From Podarcis erhardii (Eukaryota), in NCBI GenBank assembly GCA_964252035.1, contig OZ176209.1: 64,000 nucleotides of DNA. One strand, given 5' to 3'. Positions 25,210 through 38,670 of the stretch are shown piece by piece. Every line of letters begins with the position of its first letter. Within the stretch, counting starts at the first letter, position 1. The notes under the pieces are model-generated. The model was not told the origin of the DNA, made no database searches, and saw only the letters and a list, made by a program, of their open reading frames with translations. The translations under genes and the position numbers were made by a program.

Positions 25210-25440
25210 TGTGTGAAACAGGAATTTGTCAGTTTCAGTTTTTCATTTTTCCAGTTTCCCACATTTTTCACATCTGTGTGTGTATTTTTAAGGCCTCATG
25301 AAAATTCACCAGCATTTTAGCGTGAATTTCTCCTAATGTAATTTGTTTAATATGCACATTTTTGCAAATCAATTTTCCCTAACATTATACAATTCTGTAT
25401 GCTGCTTTCACCAATATATGAATATTTATGCACATCTTAT
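25210..25440 (-). mobile_element. Partial copy of the 699-1107 family (3' half)
   Basis: Reverse complement matches ggagaaattcacactaaaatgctggtggattttcatgagg...gaaattgacaaa. Confidence 0.6.
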
Positions 25441-25443
25441 CCG

Positions 25444-25468
25444 TGTGTGTGTGTGTGTGTGTGTGTGT
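25444..25468. repeat. (TG)n microsatellite
   Basis: Direct. Confidence 0.95.
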
Positions 25469-26663
25469 ATGATTTCTATACCACTGTTCATCTATGGATC
25501 ACAGGGTGTTTTACAGTATAAAACCACAAAAATACATAGCGAGCGAAACAATAACACATTCCTTGGTTGGAAATGTGAGAATTTGAAGGATGACTTTGTT
25601 TCAGTTCTCATATTGCTTCAGAAAGTGTAAATTAGGTAGTTCCATCGTTGAGTGTAAACTGAAATGACTTTCCCCCTCATTTCTAGCCCCACACTAACAG
25701 TCCCCATTGACTACCCTAGATAATTCAGACCACTGTGTGGAATAAGCCCCATTGAGTGTAGCAGGATATAGTTTGCATAGGATTGTAAACATACGGCCAC
25801 AGTCTCAATCTACATACTTCAAACTGACTGGTGTCAATCCTAGTTTGTGGCTTGTGAACCTTGGCCATCTTTCTGTTGTCTTCTCCCACCCCAAAGGTTG
25901 CTTTTCTACCCACACTTCCAACCCCCTTGAGATCAGCACATTCCTTTCTCAACAATGCAGGGAATATTTTTCATGACCAGATTATGTATCCGGATCCAAG
26001 GTACTGATAATTTCATTGTTACTGTTCAAAGAGGAACTGTTTGGACTACTATTGTTCTTTCTGAGGGCAAAATTGTGCAAATAGCTGCAGTACAGGCATG
26101 TCCTTATTTTGCATTTGGGAATTGCAAAAGAGTGGTGCCCCATTTTACTGTTGCAAAATTGAATCGCAAAGCAATTAAGGCTACAATAGCACACACACTT
26201 ACCTAGGAGCAGGTCCTATTGAACTGAAGTTGACATGAACTGTAAGCCTGACATTCAGTACCACAGTCTGCAGGGATATCATCAGAGAAAGACTATATAT
26301 TTAAATGTCCATTCCAACTTCTTCTTTTTGACAGTTGTGCTTCAGGGGATTCATACACCATTCTTTATGATTCATATGTCTGTAGCCGCAATTGGTCCTT
26401 TTCACCTTGTTGTTTCAGTATAAAGAGTTCATTAAGGGTTTTTATTTTATTTAAATGCTGTCATGCATCAGTATGCATGGTTGGTCAATGTGGTCCAAGA
26501 ATTCAGACTAGAAGAGAGATCTTAGTTGTAAGGATGTTTGTTTTAGTTTCACTGAGTTCCTATGGGCAGTAACTATGGCATACAGCCTTAACCCTGGGCG
26601 CATTTGCTTCAAAGAAAGCCTACTGAATTCATTGAGATTTGCTTTCAAGTAATCATGTGTAGG

Positions 26664-26797
26664 CAGCACTTTTTTTCAGCCAGAAATCACTGGAACTCAG
26701 TTCCAGCACCTCTTGGGGGGCACCATTGCCATTATAAGAGAACAAGGGTGAGTTCATGGTGAGTTCCAGCACCTGTTTTTCTAGAAAAATAGCACTG
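26664..26797 (+). mobile_element. hAT-type MITE (134 bp)
   Basis: TSD tgtgtagg/tgtgcagg, with TIRs cagcactttttttc / gaaaaatagcactg. Confidence 0.7.
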
Positions 26798-26863
26798 TGT
26801 GCAGGCTTAGCTTCCTTTTCTTTTTGTAAAAATAGAATAGTAACCTACCATGCATAGTGGCAA

Positions 26864-27661
26864 TTGCGTGTCAAGGTCCCCAAGCCACCCCTCAAATAAC
26901 TCACAACACACACATAATTTTTTTTTTAAGGTTTTGGCATAATTTTGGCCACAACTTTATTGAAATACATAAATGTGAGTGGTTGTTTAGGCATTGGTTA
27001 AGACTGTCTGTCCCCTCACCTGGGAACAGAACTCACTTCCAGGCACCACCGAAAGCCAGTAAGGGAAAACAATATTGAGGAGAAATGGAGCTGAGCCACA
27101 GGCTCTCACCTCTCCCCGCATGCTCCCCAGGGCTTGCCGGCCCTAGCCCCATTCCAGGGACACGGATGAAAAGATGGCAAGCCCCTGGATTCCTTTAACA
27201 GAATTCCCTTTCCAGAGCAACCTTGGAGGAGCAGGCCCAGCCAATCCTAACCCCGCCTCCAACCAATTGATAACCAATGCCTAACCGCAACCTTACAAGT
27301 TGTGATGATTTGTTATGCAGTTGGCAAAAACCAAATGGCCCAGCCAATCAGCCAGATGGACAAAATTCCTACCAGGCCCCTGCCCCAACAGCAGACGACC
27401 CCATGACAGGCATAGCAAGGTCAATGCAAAACCCAATAAAATTAGGGTGGGTGGGCGGGTGATCCGTTGGTCATAGCGAAATAGAAAGCTCCAAGCTGCA
27501 TCCACAGGATTTAAAACATCCAATCCCTCCCACCAAATTGCAACATAGGATTTACTCCAGCAACCCAGCCATCTAATCGTTGCCACAAGCTTCCTTAGTA
27601 ATCCTGCCTGGCAACAAAGGGGTGGCCCAGTGGACCCCACCGCAACACACGCTCTCCATGA
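26864..27661 (-). mobile_element. ORF-less solo A-B derivative of Ngaro element
   Basis: Its 3' half matches the B unit at 17626-18138, with the same terminus (ccttgacacgcaa) and AATAAAGTTGTGGCC. Its 5' half, with ggctgattggctg CCAAT motifs, matches 54540-54905. Confidence 0.75.
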
Positions 27662-30600
27662 GGGAGAACATGCTTTAGGCTATTCTGCACCAAAGGTATA
27701 CATCATTTTGCCAAGCCAGAATACAGAGATGCAATAGGACCTGATAACCAGGTACAAGAATGGGCCACTTTGTCTCTTTCTACTAAGCCATTCTTCTCCC
27801 TCACTTTTCTTGTTGTTGTTCTCTATCTATAATCATATGATGACTTGTATGGATGTATGATTAATTACCCCATAAAAGAAAGTTCTCTGGGCATTACACT
27901 TAGAATGTGCTTTTGAACACCAAGGCTCAGCCCAAGGTTGCTGCTTTATGAACAGGTGTTATGTGCCTTTAAGAGCAGTGAGGCAGGCAGAAATCCATCA
28001 GATGAAGCTCCCCTGTCAGCATCTTCATGGAAGGGGAAGTTCTGCACATTATGACATGGCCCAAAGCATATTTTATTTATATAATAGATTTAGACTGCAG
28101 CTAAGATGTTGACAGCCAAGTTTTTAAAAATGATACGCTAAAACTGGTGTCTGAGATCTGCTCTAAGCCAGAACATTTCTTGGATTTCTCAGAATTCTTT
28201 TAATAGCATTTCTTCCAAACAAGCCTGGACGTGCTGACAAAGGGGGGGGGGATGCTGCAAGCGCTGCCCCTATGAAGAGTATTGTACACAACACAGAAGC
28301 CAACTCTTTGGAATGCCATTCCGTTGGTGATGGCGCTAAGCTTATTTATTCGCTCGGGGCAATGCCCGTATCTCCTGTCTGGTAATCTACATTTATACAA
28401 ATGTGAGTACAGTATGTTTTAGATCATTGTGCAAGACAGACATTGTGCAAAAAAAACTTAATGAAGCATTTTGACAGCTGCTACATACTGTCATGTAGGG
28501 CAAAATTAGGTAGCTGCACGTTGAGTGCTCCTGTTGTGGAACGAGGATGTTTTGACATGTTATATTTACAGCTATCTGCGTTACAGGAAAGGACATGTGA
28601 GGAGGGAAAGTGTTTCCACTCTCATTTCCAAGGTATACAGCTGCTGAATATCAGGGTGGGGAAATGACGCTGGAAACAACCAAAGCAGGCAAGTTATAGG
28701 TTGCTTTTAACCCACGCTCAATCACAGCAAAGGGTCTTTGCATACATTGACCAAGTGGAGACTGGTCCAGAAGTGCAAATGGGACTCTATCCCACCAGTA
28801 TCCATCTATTTTCACCTTCCTCCCTTCCTACTTAGAAACAAGTCCAAAGAATATCACTGCCTGTCACTTTCCTCCTCCTTAGTCTATGTGTTGTCCCTTG
28901 TAGAACTCAGGAGAGACGAGGTTCGGGACAAAGCTGGATATTAGTTGGCTCTGCCTGTCACTGCCTCTGCCTCCACTTCTCTTGGTCTCTTTGCCACCTA
29001 CCCTACCAGTCCCAATGGGCATTAGCCACCACTGCAAGCGTGCCACAACACAAAGGCCCTCTCCCCAGTCATCTTCTGCCTGATGTCAGGTGGCAGTAGC
29101 ACTCAGAGGAGGACCTCTGAAGAATAACAACTGTATGGTGGGACACGTATGTCCCTTCAAGTCTTTTGGTCCCATGTAGCACTAGCACAGCAATACCTTA
29201 AATTGTGCTTGGAAATGGACTAGAACAGGGTGTCTTAAACTGCAGCTCCCTTAATTCCTGGTGATTGGTCATGCTAACTGGGATACAGTGCATTGCAGGA
29301 GTCTTATATAGAGGTCACCAGAGCTTGACATGGATAACAGAAGCCATAGCTATCTCTATCCAGAAGAGGCTGAAGCTAGCACAGAAACTTTGGCTGGTAA
29401 CTGGTACACCATGCAGCTGAGGCTACTTGGTCCTCCAGTGACAGAGGTAGATCAATGAGCACCCCAATACGGGGACCCAGTCCTTTATGGAAGTGCAACC
29501 CCAGCTAGTATATGTTGAGCATTACCAATCTGGGTAGATGAACCAACAGAACCTCCATCTTGTCAGGATTGAGCTTTAAATACCTTTTCCCTCCCTAGAA
29601 GGGCTACTGGTATGTTGGAACTTATGTGCACTTGGCTTCTCTGTGCTTGTTTGCAAGTAAGTCTCCTCATTTTAAGACTTTGGACAATGTTCTAAACATT
29701 GCTTACTTAACATGATGCTCACACTTGGGGAAATATGTTTTTTAAAGTAAATAAAAATAAAAATCTTAAACCTCTAACCTGAGGGCTTCTGTGTACTTTG
29801 CAAACTTGCATATGGAAGGCTGCTGGGTCCTTACGAAAGACATAACTTCACTGATTCTCTGACAGTTTATGTCTCTGGGCTGCTGTCTTTACTTATCCCT
29901 TGTTAGGAGAAGCGCCAGCAGGGAAATTCTGATTGACAAGCAGTCACCTGGTCACTGCGAGCAATATGTCCCACGACAATATTTTCTGCAGGAAGGAAAA
30001 ATCTTAACAGCTGCAAACTAAGCTAAGTAAGCTTATGCTAGTTGTTTGGGACTTGGACATGCCAATTCTGGATGCAGGTGGAATCAACGGTATATGCACC
30101 TGCAGCAACAATATTGGGTTCTGTATTGGCATATATGCTGGACCTGATATTTATCGAGAAGTCTCCTTTCAGCTGCTGTTTTTTCTAAAAGGATTACCTT
30201 TTAATCCCAGCACTAGCACTGCTGCCAGTTCTGCTCTTAGAGAAATAGGTCAGTAAAATCTGTATTGCCTGTGGTTCCTGTTATCTTTGAACAGCAATGA
30301 AACAGGAACGGCCTTCAAAGAAGGGAAAAAATGCAGCAGAGTCTGTACCAATGGGCTCCCTAATAGGTCTTGGGCACTGGGAAGCTGATTTTCTGGGTCT
30401 GGAAAGATTCAGAAATAGAAGTGCCCCTTCTCACATGATTCAGTAGCTGCATGCAGAAGAATAGCACAGGCATCCAAGCTAAGCATCCATTCTCCCTGCA
30501 CATTCCAACTGGATTTGAAATGAGCAATGGACACTCAGGCCTGTCTGAGATCTAAAATGTGAAAACATGCTAATATTGTCCCTATGAAAATTATGTGCAC

Positions 30601-31994
30601 AGGAAGGTACAGTGTCAGTGATTCCTTAAAAAAAAACCCCACCCCACCCCACTTCATATCTAAACATTCAACTCTTTTCCCATAAACATTATCACTTTGC
30701 CTTCCTTTCATAATTTGAACAAATGATTGCTAGTGCAAGGGCTGATGCAGGTTGCCTGGCTAATCAGTTGGTCGGGAAACATAAGCAGAAGCCTTTCCTT
30801 TTTTTAATGAAAGGCCTTTAAAAATGAGGGAATGAAGAGCTAAGCTTACAAAAATAATGCACATTTCCACAATATATCCCTTAATTGTGCTCCTGTTGAT
30901 GATACAGAATCAACATCTGATGCCACCAGACTGCCTGATCGTCACACTGCTGTTTGGACTTCAGCAACGTAGTCTGTTACCCACTTTTGACTGATGAGAT
31001 GAAGGATGGGTGCTCACCATTGCGGTTGGGGTTGGTTTTCAGAGTTAATTGCTACATCCTTATCTCATCAGTTGCTTCAAGTGCCTTTTCTAGCAAGAAG
31101 GGTTCAGCAAGGGATATGTGGCAGAAAAAAAATTCTTCCGGAAGAAGAAGGAGAAGACGATTAAAGGGACACTGTTCCCTTCAAGTAATATGGCAGGATT
31201 TGGAAAGTTATGAGTAGGGAGTTGCTGACATATATGTTTGGTGGTGTTCTGATCCAGTACATGCCTAGTATCCGTTACTTCCTGCCAGAGTTCTCCTTAA
31301 TGCCATGCAGCAGGTTTTGCAGCAATGACCTGGCCTATTGGCAACAATAGTCAGCCTTCACTTTTGGCTCAAATATTGTCTCAGTGATCTCTAGGAAAGA
31401 TGGCATTTGTGTCTGTGATATCTGTCACACTTAGCAGAACAATGCTTCCTATTGATTTGCAGGAGCAAAACTGCTCGCTTTGTCTAGACATGACATTTTA
31501 CTATTATCTCTTTGCAAAACATGGTGATCTAAGGGCAGTGGAAAGAAGACTCCAGTATTGATTAAAACAAACTGGATTCATTAAATATGCCACTGACATT
31601 TCCAGTGATCTGTGCCGTTCCTTTCTTTAGCTTTGAAAAGCATAGTCATTTAAGTTTTGCAGTTTGTGCTGCATAAATGCTCTGTTACTAAGGAACGTGG
31701 CTCAGTTTTCCTAATTTTCTTAGGATTTGTGTGGGTAGTAGATGTTATTATTTGGATCCTATGCCTCTCTGGCAGATAAGATGTTTCTCTGGCAAACTGG
31801 GAGGGAGAACAAGCAGCACTGGGCAAGCATTACCTAAGAATTAGGGCTGGCGTTAGTGTGTGTTTACAATTCTACCAACAGTACTGGCAGATGAAGTATA
31901 GGAGCAGATTGGGAGCATGCTGAGGAAGTCACTGTGGCACTACTACAGAGCCAGTTGCGTCAACGTAACGTTATGCACCTAGAGCATAGGCAGC

Positions 31995-32180
31995 CAGAAA
32001 TTCACGGTAGAGCATCTGCTTTACACACAGAAGACCCCAGTTTCAATTGAAGGCTTCTTCAGGGATGGCTGGGAAAGTCTTCCTTAAGTGCTGACGAACT
32101 GCTGGCACTCAGTGCAGACAATATTGAACCAGATGGACCAATGCCATGATTCTGTATAAGGCTGCTTCCTATGTTCCTAT
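31995..32180 (+). mobile_element. tRNA-derived SINE with CR1/LF-SINE-like tail
   Basis: Head gtagagcatctgcttt..cagaagaccccagtttcaa and tail agatggaccaatg..tataaggctgcttcctatgttcctat. Confidence 0.7.
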
Positions 32181-33633
32181 TTGGTGGCAACGTTTTGTAA
32201 AGAGATGACAAGGTTCCCATATTCCCCATTGTCTTCATGGGTGCAATTTTACCTGCATTTAGAGAGAGATTGTGTTTCTCTCATTTCCAAGTGCTTACCT
32301 GTCACAACTTTCCTTTGGCGGGAGAGGCCTTTGGCCACGATTCATAGCCCTGTCAAGGGAGCCCCATAAGCAGTCATGGGTACAGCATGGTAAAGCCATA
32401 GTAACGCTCAATTAACACCTGAAAGCTGCTTAAATAAAGTGGCCAGTTCAGTGCAGATGACAAAAACACAGGCCAGTAACCACAGCACATCATAAAGATA
32501 CCTTATTCCTTAATTCTGGTTTACTACTAGTCAATTGGTAGTTATCATTTAGACACAATTCATAGGCCCCTGAAATTCTAGAAGCTGCACATTAAAAGGC
32601 ATATACCAAATTGGACTAAAAAAAGAATCTCTAACAGAGTTACTACATTTCTGTTTCTGAAGCAGGCCAGACATCCCAACAAGATCATTATCGTGGAAAA
32701 AGTATAAACCCCTGAATATAGTCAGGGAAGCTGACTTGTAGCTGTCAAGCATTTCCTCCCCACAGAATAACATAGAAGCTGGGACAGAAGCTCGTGCCTT
32801 TATCTTAAAATAAAGTTATTCCCCTTGACATTTTCTTAGCTACAATAAATAAATAAATAAAAATAAATAAATAATAGATCACAGATTCAGTTTTCTTTTT
32901 TCTTTTTTAAAAATGTGACTAGTGCTTTGCATGTCCAAGAGATAAATCTTCCCTAAATTCTTCTATGGGCGTTTGCTGAGGTGACTTGGAATGACTTCCA
33001 GTATGTTGTTTTTTTTATATTCTGTTGCAAGGCACCCAGAGTGGCTGGGGCAACCCGGTCAGATAGGCCAAAGTTTAGATTGCATTTGTTGCCGAGATGG
33101 GGTGTGTTTGTGGAGAGAATTTCCCTGAACTACTATACCAGCAACCACACTAATGAGAACGAATTAAATAGCAATAAATGGAAAATAACCCTATTAATTA
33201 GGCAGGAATAACTATCCAGGGAACCCTTACTTTGTTTTCTTGATTTTTAGCATAGGTTATTTCCTTTCCTTTTCATGTACTAGGAAAGCTACCTTATAGT
33301 TTAATTGTTATTATTCCTAAACTGCAAACTCATATGAATTTTTTATACGTAATGTGCATGTTAAAACAAAAGCAACATAACAAATAGTATTGAAGCACGA
33401 CACATTAAAGAATCAGAAGTACAGAATGGGTCCCTTACAAAAAGGCTATAGAAACAGTAAATTGCTTTCATACCAAGGGTTTGCTGAAATGATCTGCTAT
33501 TAAGTTGGTGCCTAAAATTCATTACAGATGATGCCAGCTTTCTTTCCTCAGGCAGAGAGAGCCATAACTCAGATCAGAATATTTGTCCGTCTAATCTAAT
33601 ATTGTTTATGCAGCTTAGCAGCAGTTTTATGGT

Positions 33634-33914
33634 TGTCAAGAACAGGGGGTTCCTGTTACCTTTTTATCTTTTTAACTAGTGACAGAGGCACTGACGTTTT
33701 AAGTGGGCTCTGGAGCAGGTATTTTCCGGGCTACCCTTCGCTTTCTGTGGCCACTCTCCTTGCCCCTTACCTTAAAGATATGTGGTGGCTGAGAGTTGCT
33801 TTGTTGCTTTTTAACCTTTGCAATAAAAGATGCTTGTGTCACTCACAGCAGTGCCCACTCTCCTCACTGGTGTCTACACTTCCTAGAAAGTCATCAGAAT
33901 GCCGCAGTTTAACA
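33634..33914 (+). mobile_element. Possible solo LTR
   Basis: TG...CA ends, about 280 bp, with AATAAA about 85 nt before the end. No TSD found. Confidence 0.3.
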
Positions 33915-34511
33915 TAGCCTCACTCCAGAGCCACTCTGGAACTGTGTGAAGCCAGCCACACTTCTTGGACAGGCTCCAGAATGACACGACAACATATTGC
34001 TTCATGTCTCTCTGAAGACCTTCTAGGAAGTATGGGTGACATGAGAGAGAGCAGGGACAGCGTGGTTTGCACTGCTGTGAGTGGTGTGCGTGGTGCAAAC
34101 CTTTCTTTAAAGGTTAAAAAGTGACCCTCAGTCACCTTGAACATATGACTTAGTAGTGGCCTCATACTAGGTGTTGCTTGGGAATTCTAAGGCACCAAGG
34201 AGTCAGTGCAGCTTTGAATCAGTGGTTAAAAATCAGTGCAGTTTTGAAAGGTTCAGTCGGCCACCTTAATTCAAAATTGTGTTTCATTGTATCCAGACCT
34301 GTGCCTTGATCTCAGTAACCATCATGCAAAATTGCGTTACCATGTCATAAGAGGTGTCCAAGTGCACAGGGAACCAACAGCTGACCTAAACATATAATAG
34401 AGGCAGCCCTCCTCCAAGAAGAGCCAAGTCCCCTCAGCCTGCTAGGGTCCTGCAGGGGGCCGGGGGGCCCAGACCTACACATTCAAGTTCAGCCCTGGTG
34501 GCACCACTGAC

Positions 34512-34590
34512 TAGAGATCCCAGGGATTGGACCTAGGGACCTTCTGCATGCCAAGCAGATGTTCTACCACTGGCTAAATTATGGTCCGTT
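34512..34590 (-). mobile_element. Head fragment of the same SINE family
   Basis: gggattggacctagggaccttctgcatgccaagcagatgttctaccact. Confidence 0.55.
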
Positions 34591-34675
34591 CCTGAACTAG
34601 GCATCTTGTCTAGATCCAGAGAGAGCTAGGGGAGAAAGAAGAAGAGTGGATTTTAGTAACCCTACAGAAACCAGA

Positions 34676-35022
34676 GGAACGCGGGTGGCGCTGTGGTCTA
34701 AACGACAGAGCCTCGGGCTTGCCGATCAGATGGTCGGTGGTTCGAATCCGCACAACGGGGTGAGCTCCAGTTGTTCGGTCGCTGCTCCTGCCAACCTAGC
34801 AGCATGTCAAAGTGCAAGTAGATAAATAGGTACCGCTCTGGCGGGAAGGTAAACCGAGTTTCTGTGCGCTGCTCTGGTTTGCCAGAAGCGGCTTAGTCAT
34901 GCTGGCCCCATTACCCAGAAGCTGTACACTGGCTCCCCCGGCCAATAAAGTGAGATGAGCGCCGCAACCACAGAGTCAACCACGACTGGACCTAATGGTC
35001 AGGGGTCCCTTTACCTTTATCT
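34676..35022 (+). mobile_element. Full-length Sauria SINE
   Basis: tRNA-like head gcgggtggcgctgtggtctaa..ggttcgaatcc, diagnostic body gtgcaagtagataaataggtaccgct..gggaaggtaaa, tail ggggtccctttaccttta, and TSD-like tacagaaac on both sides. Confidence 0.92.
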
Positions 35023-38000
35023 TACAGAAACATAAGTCTGTAAAACAGGGGTGGCATTGAATTCTAGTTTTCTTCCTTTTCTTCTAGATGCTCTATCTCC
35101 TTTTTCAAAACTTCAGTTTTTATTCTACCTTTGTTTAAAGTGTCTCATCTTTGTTTCTCAATTGTTATTGTTCATATCTCTAAAATCTTTAGGCAACCAA
35201 CTTGAGTGGGGGGACCACATCCACTTTGGGTACCAAATGGGGGTGCTTGACGAATTCAGTATTTACAAATTCTGGTATGTATTGATGTGACAGGCTCCTC
35301 TGTGCAGATTCAGTAGTTCTCACCTGAACAAAAGCATCCAATCTGTATTTTTAAAATGTGTACATTGAGAAAAAGCACATTTTAAAAGCACATTAAATAG
35401 GAATTTAAATGCCAAATACCAGAAGATTTATGTTATTAAAGGTTAGATGATTTCAGCAGCAAGCTATGGGACATGCAACAATTAGGAACAAAGCAGTTGG
35501 CCCACCCAAAGGGCTTCTCAGGTGCAACCAGCATTAAAACCCAGATCACATATATCTGCCCTGAGGTCACTTTAGGCAAGTGATTTGGAGTGTCATGAAA
35601 TGGCCCATTATAATTTGATTTATCTTGCTGCCAGGGAGAGGTTTATGGGATTTTCTGCCTTCAGGGGCCAAAATCAGTTTGCCAGCCTTTGGCTTGTACA
35701 CCAGGGTTCTCTTTCTCTCTCTCTCTCTCTCTCTGTGGGTGTGGGTGTGGGTGGATGGATTTGCTCTTCCGCTGAAGGCAGCAAAATGTCTTGAACTAGC
35801 CCTGCTTATGCTTCATAGGAACCACTTTACTAAGGAACATGATGAGTCATAGGTAATGCTTCCTTCTGCATCAGTGTAAATTTAGCAGCAGTGCAAGGCA
35901 GAACAACCCCTTTAAACTGAAAACGAGCAGTAGAAAGTTTCCTTTAATTTGTCTCCTTACAAACACACAAAGTACTGGTCACACCCTTTACCATCTTAAG
36001 AGCCAGATATCTCTGAAAGCTATTTCCCTCTAATACCACTCAACTACTAAAGCATAGCAATTACCTCCAAATGCATCAGTCATTGAGGTGGGAAAGAAAG
36101 AGGGAAGCTCTTGAAAACCTATTATTTCCTATGGAACACTGAAATATCTATTAATTCCTTATTTCTTCCTTTAACTTTTTCTTCTCAGTTTTCTTCCGTA
36201 TGCTCTCATGTTCTAACACTAGGTGTGTGCTGCTATCAAGCTTCCCCAAACTGGAGCCTTTGCGGTAGCCAACGTGGTATCTTCCACATGTTTTTCACTA
36301 CAACTCCCATCAGCCCCAGTGTGTGTGGTCAGGAATGATGGGAGTTGTGTGTAGTCCTGATCTAATCAACATGGTGCTGCCCAGGAACTGTTAGACTGTA
36401 ATTCCAATGTGTTGACTGAGGTTGATGCAAGTTGCAGGCTTACTGTATCTGGGGGACACAGCATTGACTGTCCTTTATCCAATCCACCAAATGAGACCTA
36501 GGGCGGTATACAAATTTAATAAATAATAAAATAGTGATAATGATTGTTTCCAACCATGACCCCAGCAGGGTGTTTCAAGAAAACCCCCCAAGTAGGGCAT
36601 GGCATTGACAGTCATCTGGTGATGGATGGATGCCACCATATGCCAGATATGTTGCCTCCGTAAGTAGAAGCTTTATTTGCTGTGAATTGGCTGGACCTTT
36701 TTAAGTGTAGTCACATCTTGGAGTAGCGAAACTATTCCTTGCAGACAATGCAAGGGGAAAAAACTACTGTCGTCATTTAGCAGTATGTTTGAAAACACCT
36801 GTCTGAAGTTTAATTTTCTAAGAGTTGTTTTTACAGATGCTCCTTTCTTCTGAAACCAGATGAAATGCCTCATGGCAGCCACCCCCCCCCCTGCAGGATT
36901 AATGATCGAAAAACATGCTTTCAGGTGCTGCTGTGATATTTATGTTAATGGCAATCAATGCCTTTTTTATTCTATAATGTTCCATGAAATGTAAATTATT
37001 CTGAACAATGGTTCAGAATAGTAGAAAGAGATTGGAAGCAAAGGGAAGGATGGACCAGGAACTTGCCTGAAAAATTGCAGTAGGGTCTGGGGAGAACAGA
37101 CTGGATGGATTTCATTTTCTAGTCTAGATTTAGATTGAATAGATGGGTTGCCGTTTTGTATTGTCAACATGTTCCGTTTTAGAAATGCAAGAATGGGCAG
37201 CAGAGGAATCCTAGGAATGTGAGATCCAGTCCAGGGTGTCTTGATGAAAGGTGTCTCGAAATCCACACGTGGAATGTACCTTAAGGGCTCTTGTAGTCAC
37301 AACAGTGATGTGATTGGAAACAACTTATTGACAATCCAATTCCCATAACATAATGAGATTTTAAGATGGTTATATATGTGAAATGTTTTCCCACCATTTG
37401 AAACAACACTGCAGCCACTTGACCATGATCTTGACATTTTGCACACACTTTTGAAACCTCCTAATCAGTTAAAAAGTAGGGATGATTTCAGGTTTGTTAA
37501 TGTGGTTTGAGCAGATGGGCAGGCAGACGGTGTATAATATCATGTGGCAGAGGAGAGCAAGAGAAGCAGATTGCTTGCATGCACTGCTGCTTGTAGGCAA
37601 GGGAAGAAGTTGTTTCTTTGCTTAAGAGGTTATCTTAATGCATCAAACTGGATCAAGCAGCAGAAACCCAAAGTTGCCAACTATGAATTCTGCTGTGATC
37701 ACATGGACTCCAGAAGGCACACAACCTATTTCAAGTGAAAGAGGAGGCCTTAATTGCAGTGGACTAGATGGCCTTTGGTTCCTCTTTCAGATCCTTATTT
37801 CTAACAGACAGGTGCTGAAGACTGTCATGTCCAAGAGACAGCAACATCAATTAGTGTCAGCCTGGCAAAGGAAGCTGGACTGAGTAACTAAGTCTTCCTG
37901 AAACAGCAGGTAGTGAAGATAGTGAGCTGGTGATAAGGAGGGTTTAAGGAAGAAGATTGTGCTGGGGGAAATGCCAGCAGAGGACCTAGAGGAAGGAGGG

Positions 38001-38134
38001 TCTTTGAGCTGTTGGCAGAAATGGAGCAGATAGCTATGGGAATATTGGATGCAGGAGAACATTGGGTCTTGGAAACAAGGAGCCATAGAGTTCCTACTCT
38101 AGACCTTGAGAGGGTCTGACTTGTATCTTTAAAG

Positions 38135-38270
38135 CCCAGATGTTTAGATGCCCAGATGTTGTTGGACTCCAGCTCCCATCAGCCCCAGCCAGCATGGCCT
38201 ATGGCCAGGAGTGATGGGAGCAGCAGTCCAACATTATCTGGAGGGCCACAGGTTCCTCAAGAGCTGCATA
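38135..38270. mobile_element. Short hairpin MITE (ccagatgttgttggact..ctcccatca..ccagcatggc..tgatgggag..gtccaaca.atctggagggccacaggtt)
   Basis: Self-complementary arms, with homologues at 36275-36357 and 61331-61459. Confidence 0.65.
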
Positions 38271-38589
38271 AAGGGGGAAATTCCCCAGCTACGTCCGTGG
38301 CACGCTGACACCAGCTTCTGGCTTTCCCAGTTCCATTTCCTTTCATCACATTTTGCCTTTGGAGAAGCAAAGCTGCCACTACCTCTGAGTCAGGTGACAT
38401 TGTGCCTTCTCCTTCCAGGGCTGTAGTCTACAGCAGTAGCCATAGGGTTCTGTTTGACAGGCTTTTATGTGAAAATGCAGCCCTATAACAAAGGATTCCA
38501 TTCTCAGCAAGAACTAATCTTAGTTTTGGGGAGCAAAAAGACAACATATTCTCCCATAACCTTTCCTCCTGCCTTTGGTACTGTAAGCC

Positions 38590-38670
38590 TGTCCATGCCT
38601 TCTTAGAAGTAAGCCTTCTTGATTGTAATAACACTTACTCCTAGGTAACTGTGTGTCTAGGGTTGCAGTT
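38590..38670. repeat. Short palindromic interspersed repeat (caatcct..agaagtaagtcc..acttactc..gtaa..taggattgca family)
   Basis: Related copies at about 26190-26250, 26580-26663 and 39961-40020. Confidence 0.45.

Noticed and set aside
34676-34760. tRNA gene
   Set aside because: It is the tRNA-derived head of a Sauria SINE; no complete cloverleaf, and it continues into the SINE body.
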